Positions 63,279-64,000 of a stretch of 64,000 nt of DNA are shown here, piece by piece. The notes below the pieces were generated by a model. The model was not told where the DNA came from, did no database searches, and was given only the letters and a program-made list of their open reading frames with translations. Position 1 is the stretch's first letter. Each line of letters opens with the position of its first letter. The position numbers and the translations under genes are program-made. Origin of the DNA: Callorhinchus milii (lineage: Eukaryota); NCBI RefSeq assembly GCF_018977255.1, contig NW_024704742.1, forward strand, positions 105,712,001 through 105,776,000. The letters run 5' to 3'.

Positions 63279-64000
63279 CATAATTCCACGCCATTTTTAA
63301 TTTTAAGATGAAATGTTGGAATTTCATACCTTAGTTGCAGTATTGCCTCCTTAATCTTTAGAATCTTAACAGCCCTCAAATTCACAACACTTTGCAGAGC
63401 TCCTGATAAAAAGAGCTAGAAAATGGGACATTTTGTCAGAAGTGTATACGTTGTGTGTGGGGGAGGGGGGAAGAATCGGAAAAGGATCAACAATGTTTGT
63501 ATTGAAAGAGTTAATGAAGGAACATTCTGAATGTACAGGGCCTTGTAATAGGCCACACTTTACCGTTGCAGCCTGGGTGAGTAAGTATCAATGTGAGAGA
63601 GAGATAAAGAGCTTTTGGCTGATCCAATTTTCAAATATCATCTTTCTCGATCTCGAATCTCTATCTAATTTTCCCTTGAAACTGCCCACACTATTGGGCT
63701 CTTTCTCTCCTCTAACTACAAATGCAAATGTATCAGGCCCTCACTCCCAAAACGCCACAGGAGACATTCCTACCACACCTCAGAGCTGCCCACACTGTTC
63801 CTGATAAAAACAGATACTGTCCTCCCAGGGAAACTTCTACATGTTAATCACCCTCTGTGTTATTTACTGAAATGTAGATCACCTGTTCTTTGACAGCGAG
63901 ACCCCTTATTATGGCCCTCTTGATCATATTGGAGGTATTGGGAGTTCAGTTTGTCTTAACTGCTTTACGATCTTGGAAACTTTGATAAGATCAACGTGGA

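Overview
This is non-coding vertebrate DNA, either intronic or gene desert. I found no supportable protein-coding exon, RNA gene or CRISPR array. The ORFs in the six-frame track are chance frames, simple repeats or decayed LINE remnants. The repeat content resembles a cartilaginous fish, most likely a chimaera such as Callorhinchus milii. That assignment, and all family names below, come from my recollection of consensus sequences, not from a database search. The main contents are: (1) a young tRNA-headed SINE with an L2-type tail, as 6 near-full copies in two length variants plus many 3' fragments; (2) L2 and CR1 LINE 3' fragments; (3) ancient SINE relics (Deu-domain, LF-SINE-like and one unnamed family); (4) two inverted Penelope-type terminal fragments carrying decayed minimal hammerhead ribozyme motifs; (5) a family of AT-rich fold-back elements; (6) mini- and microsatellites; (7) several repeat-free, motif-dense blocks that look like conserved enhancers. 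I see no convincing evidence of a wholly new biological system. The best leads are the hammerhead pair, the nested LINE-tail insertions inside SINEs, two segments flanked by direct repeats, and the fold-back family.
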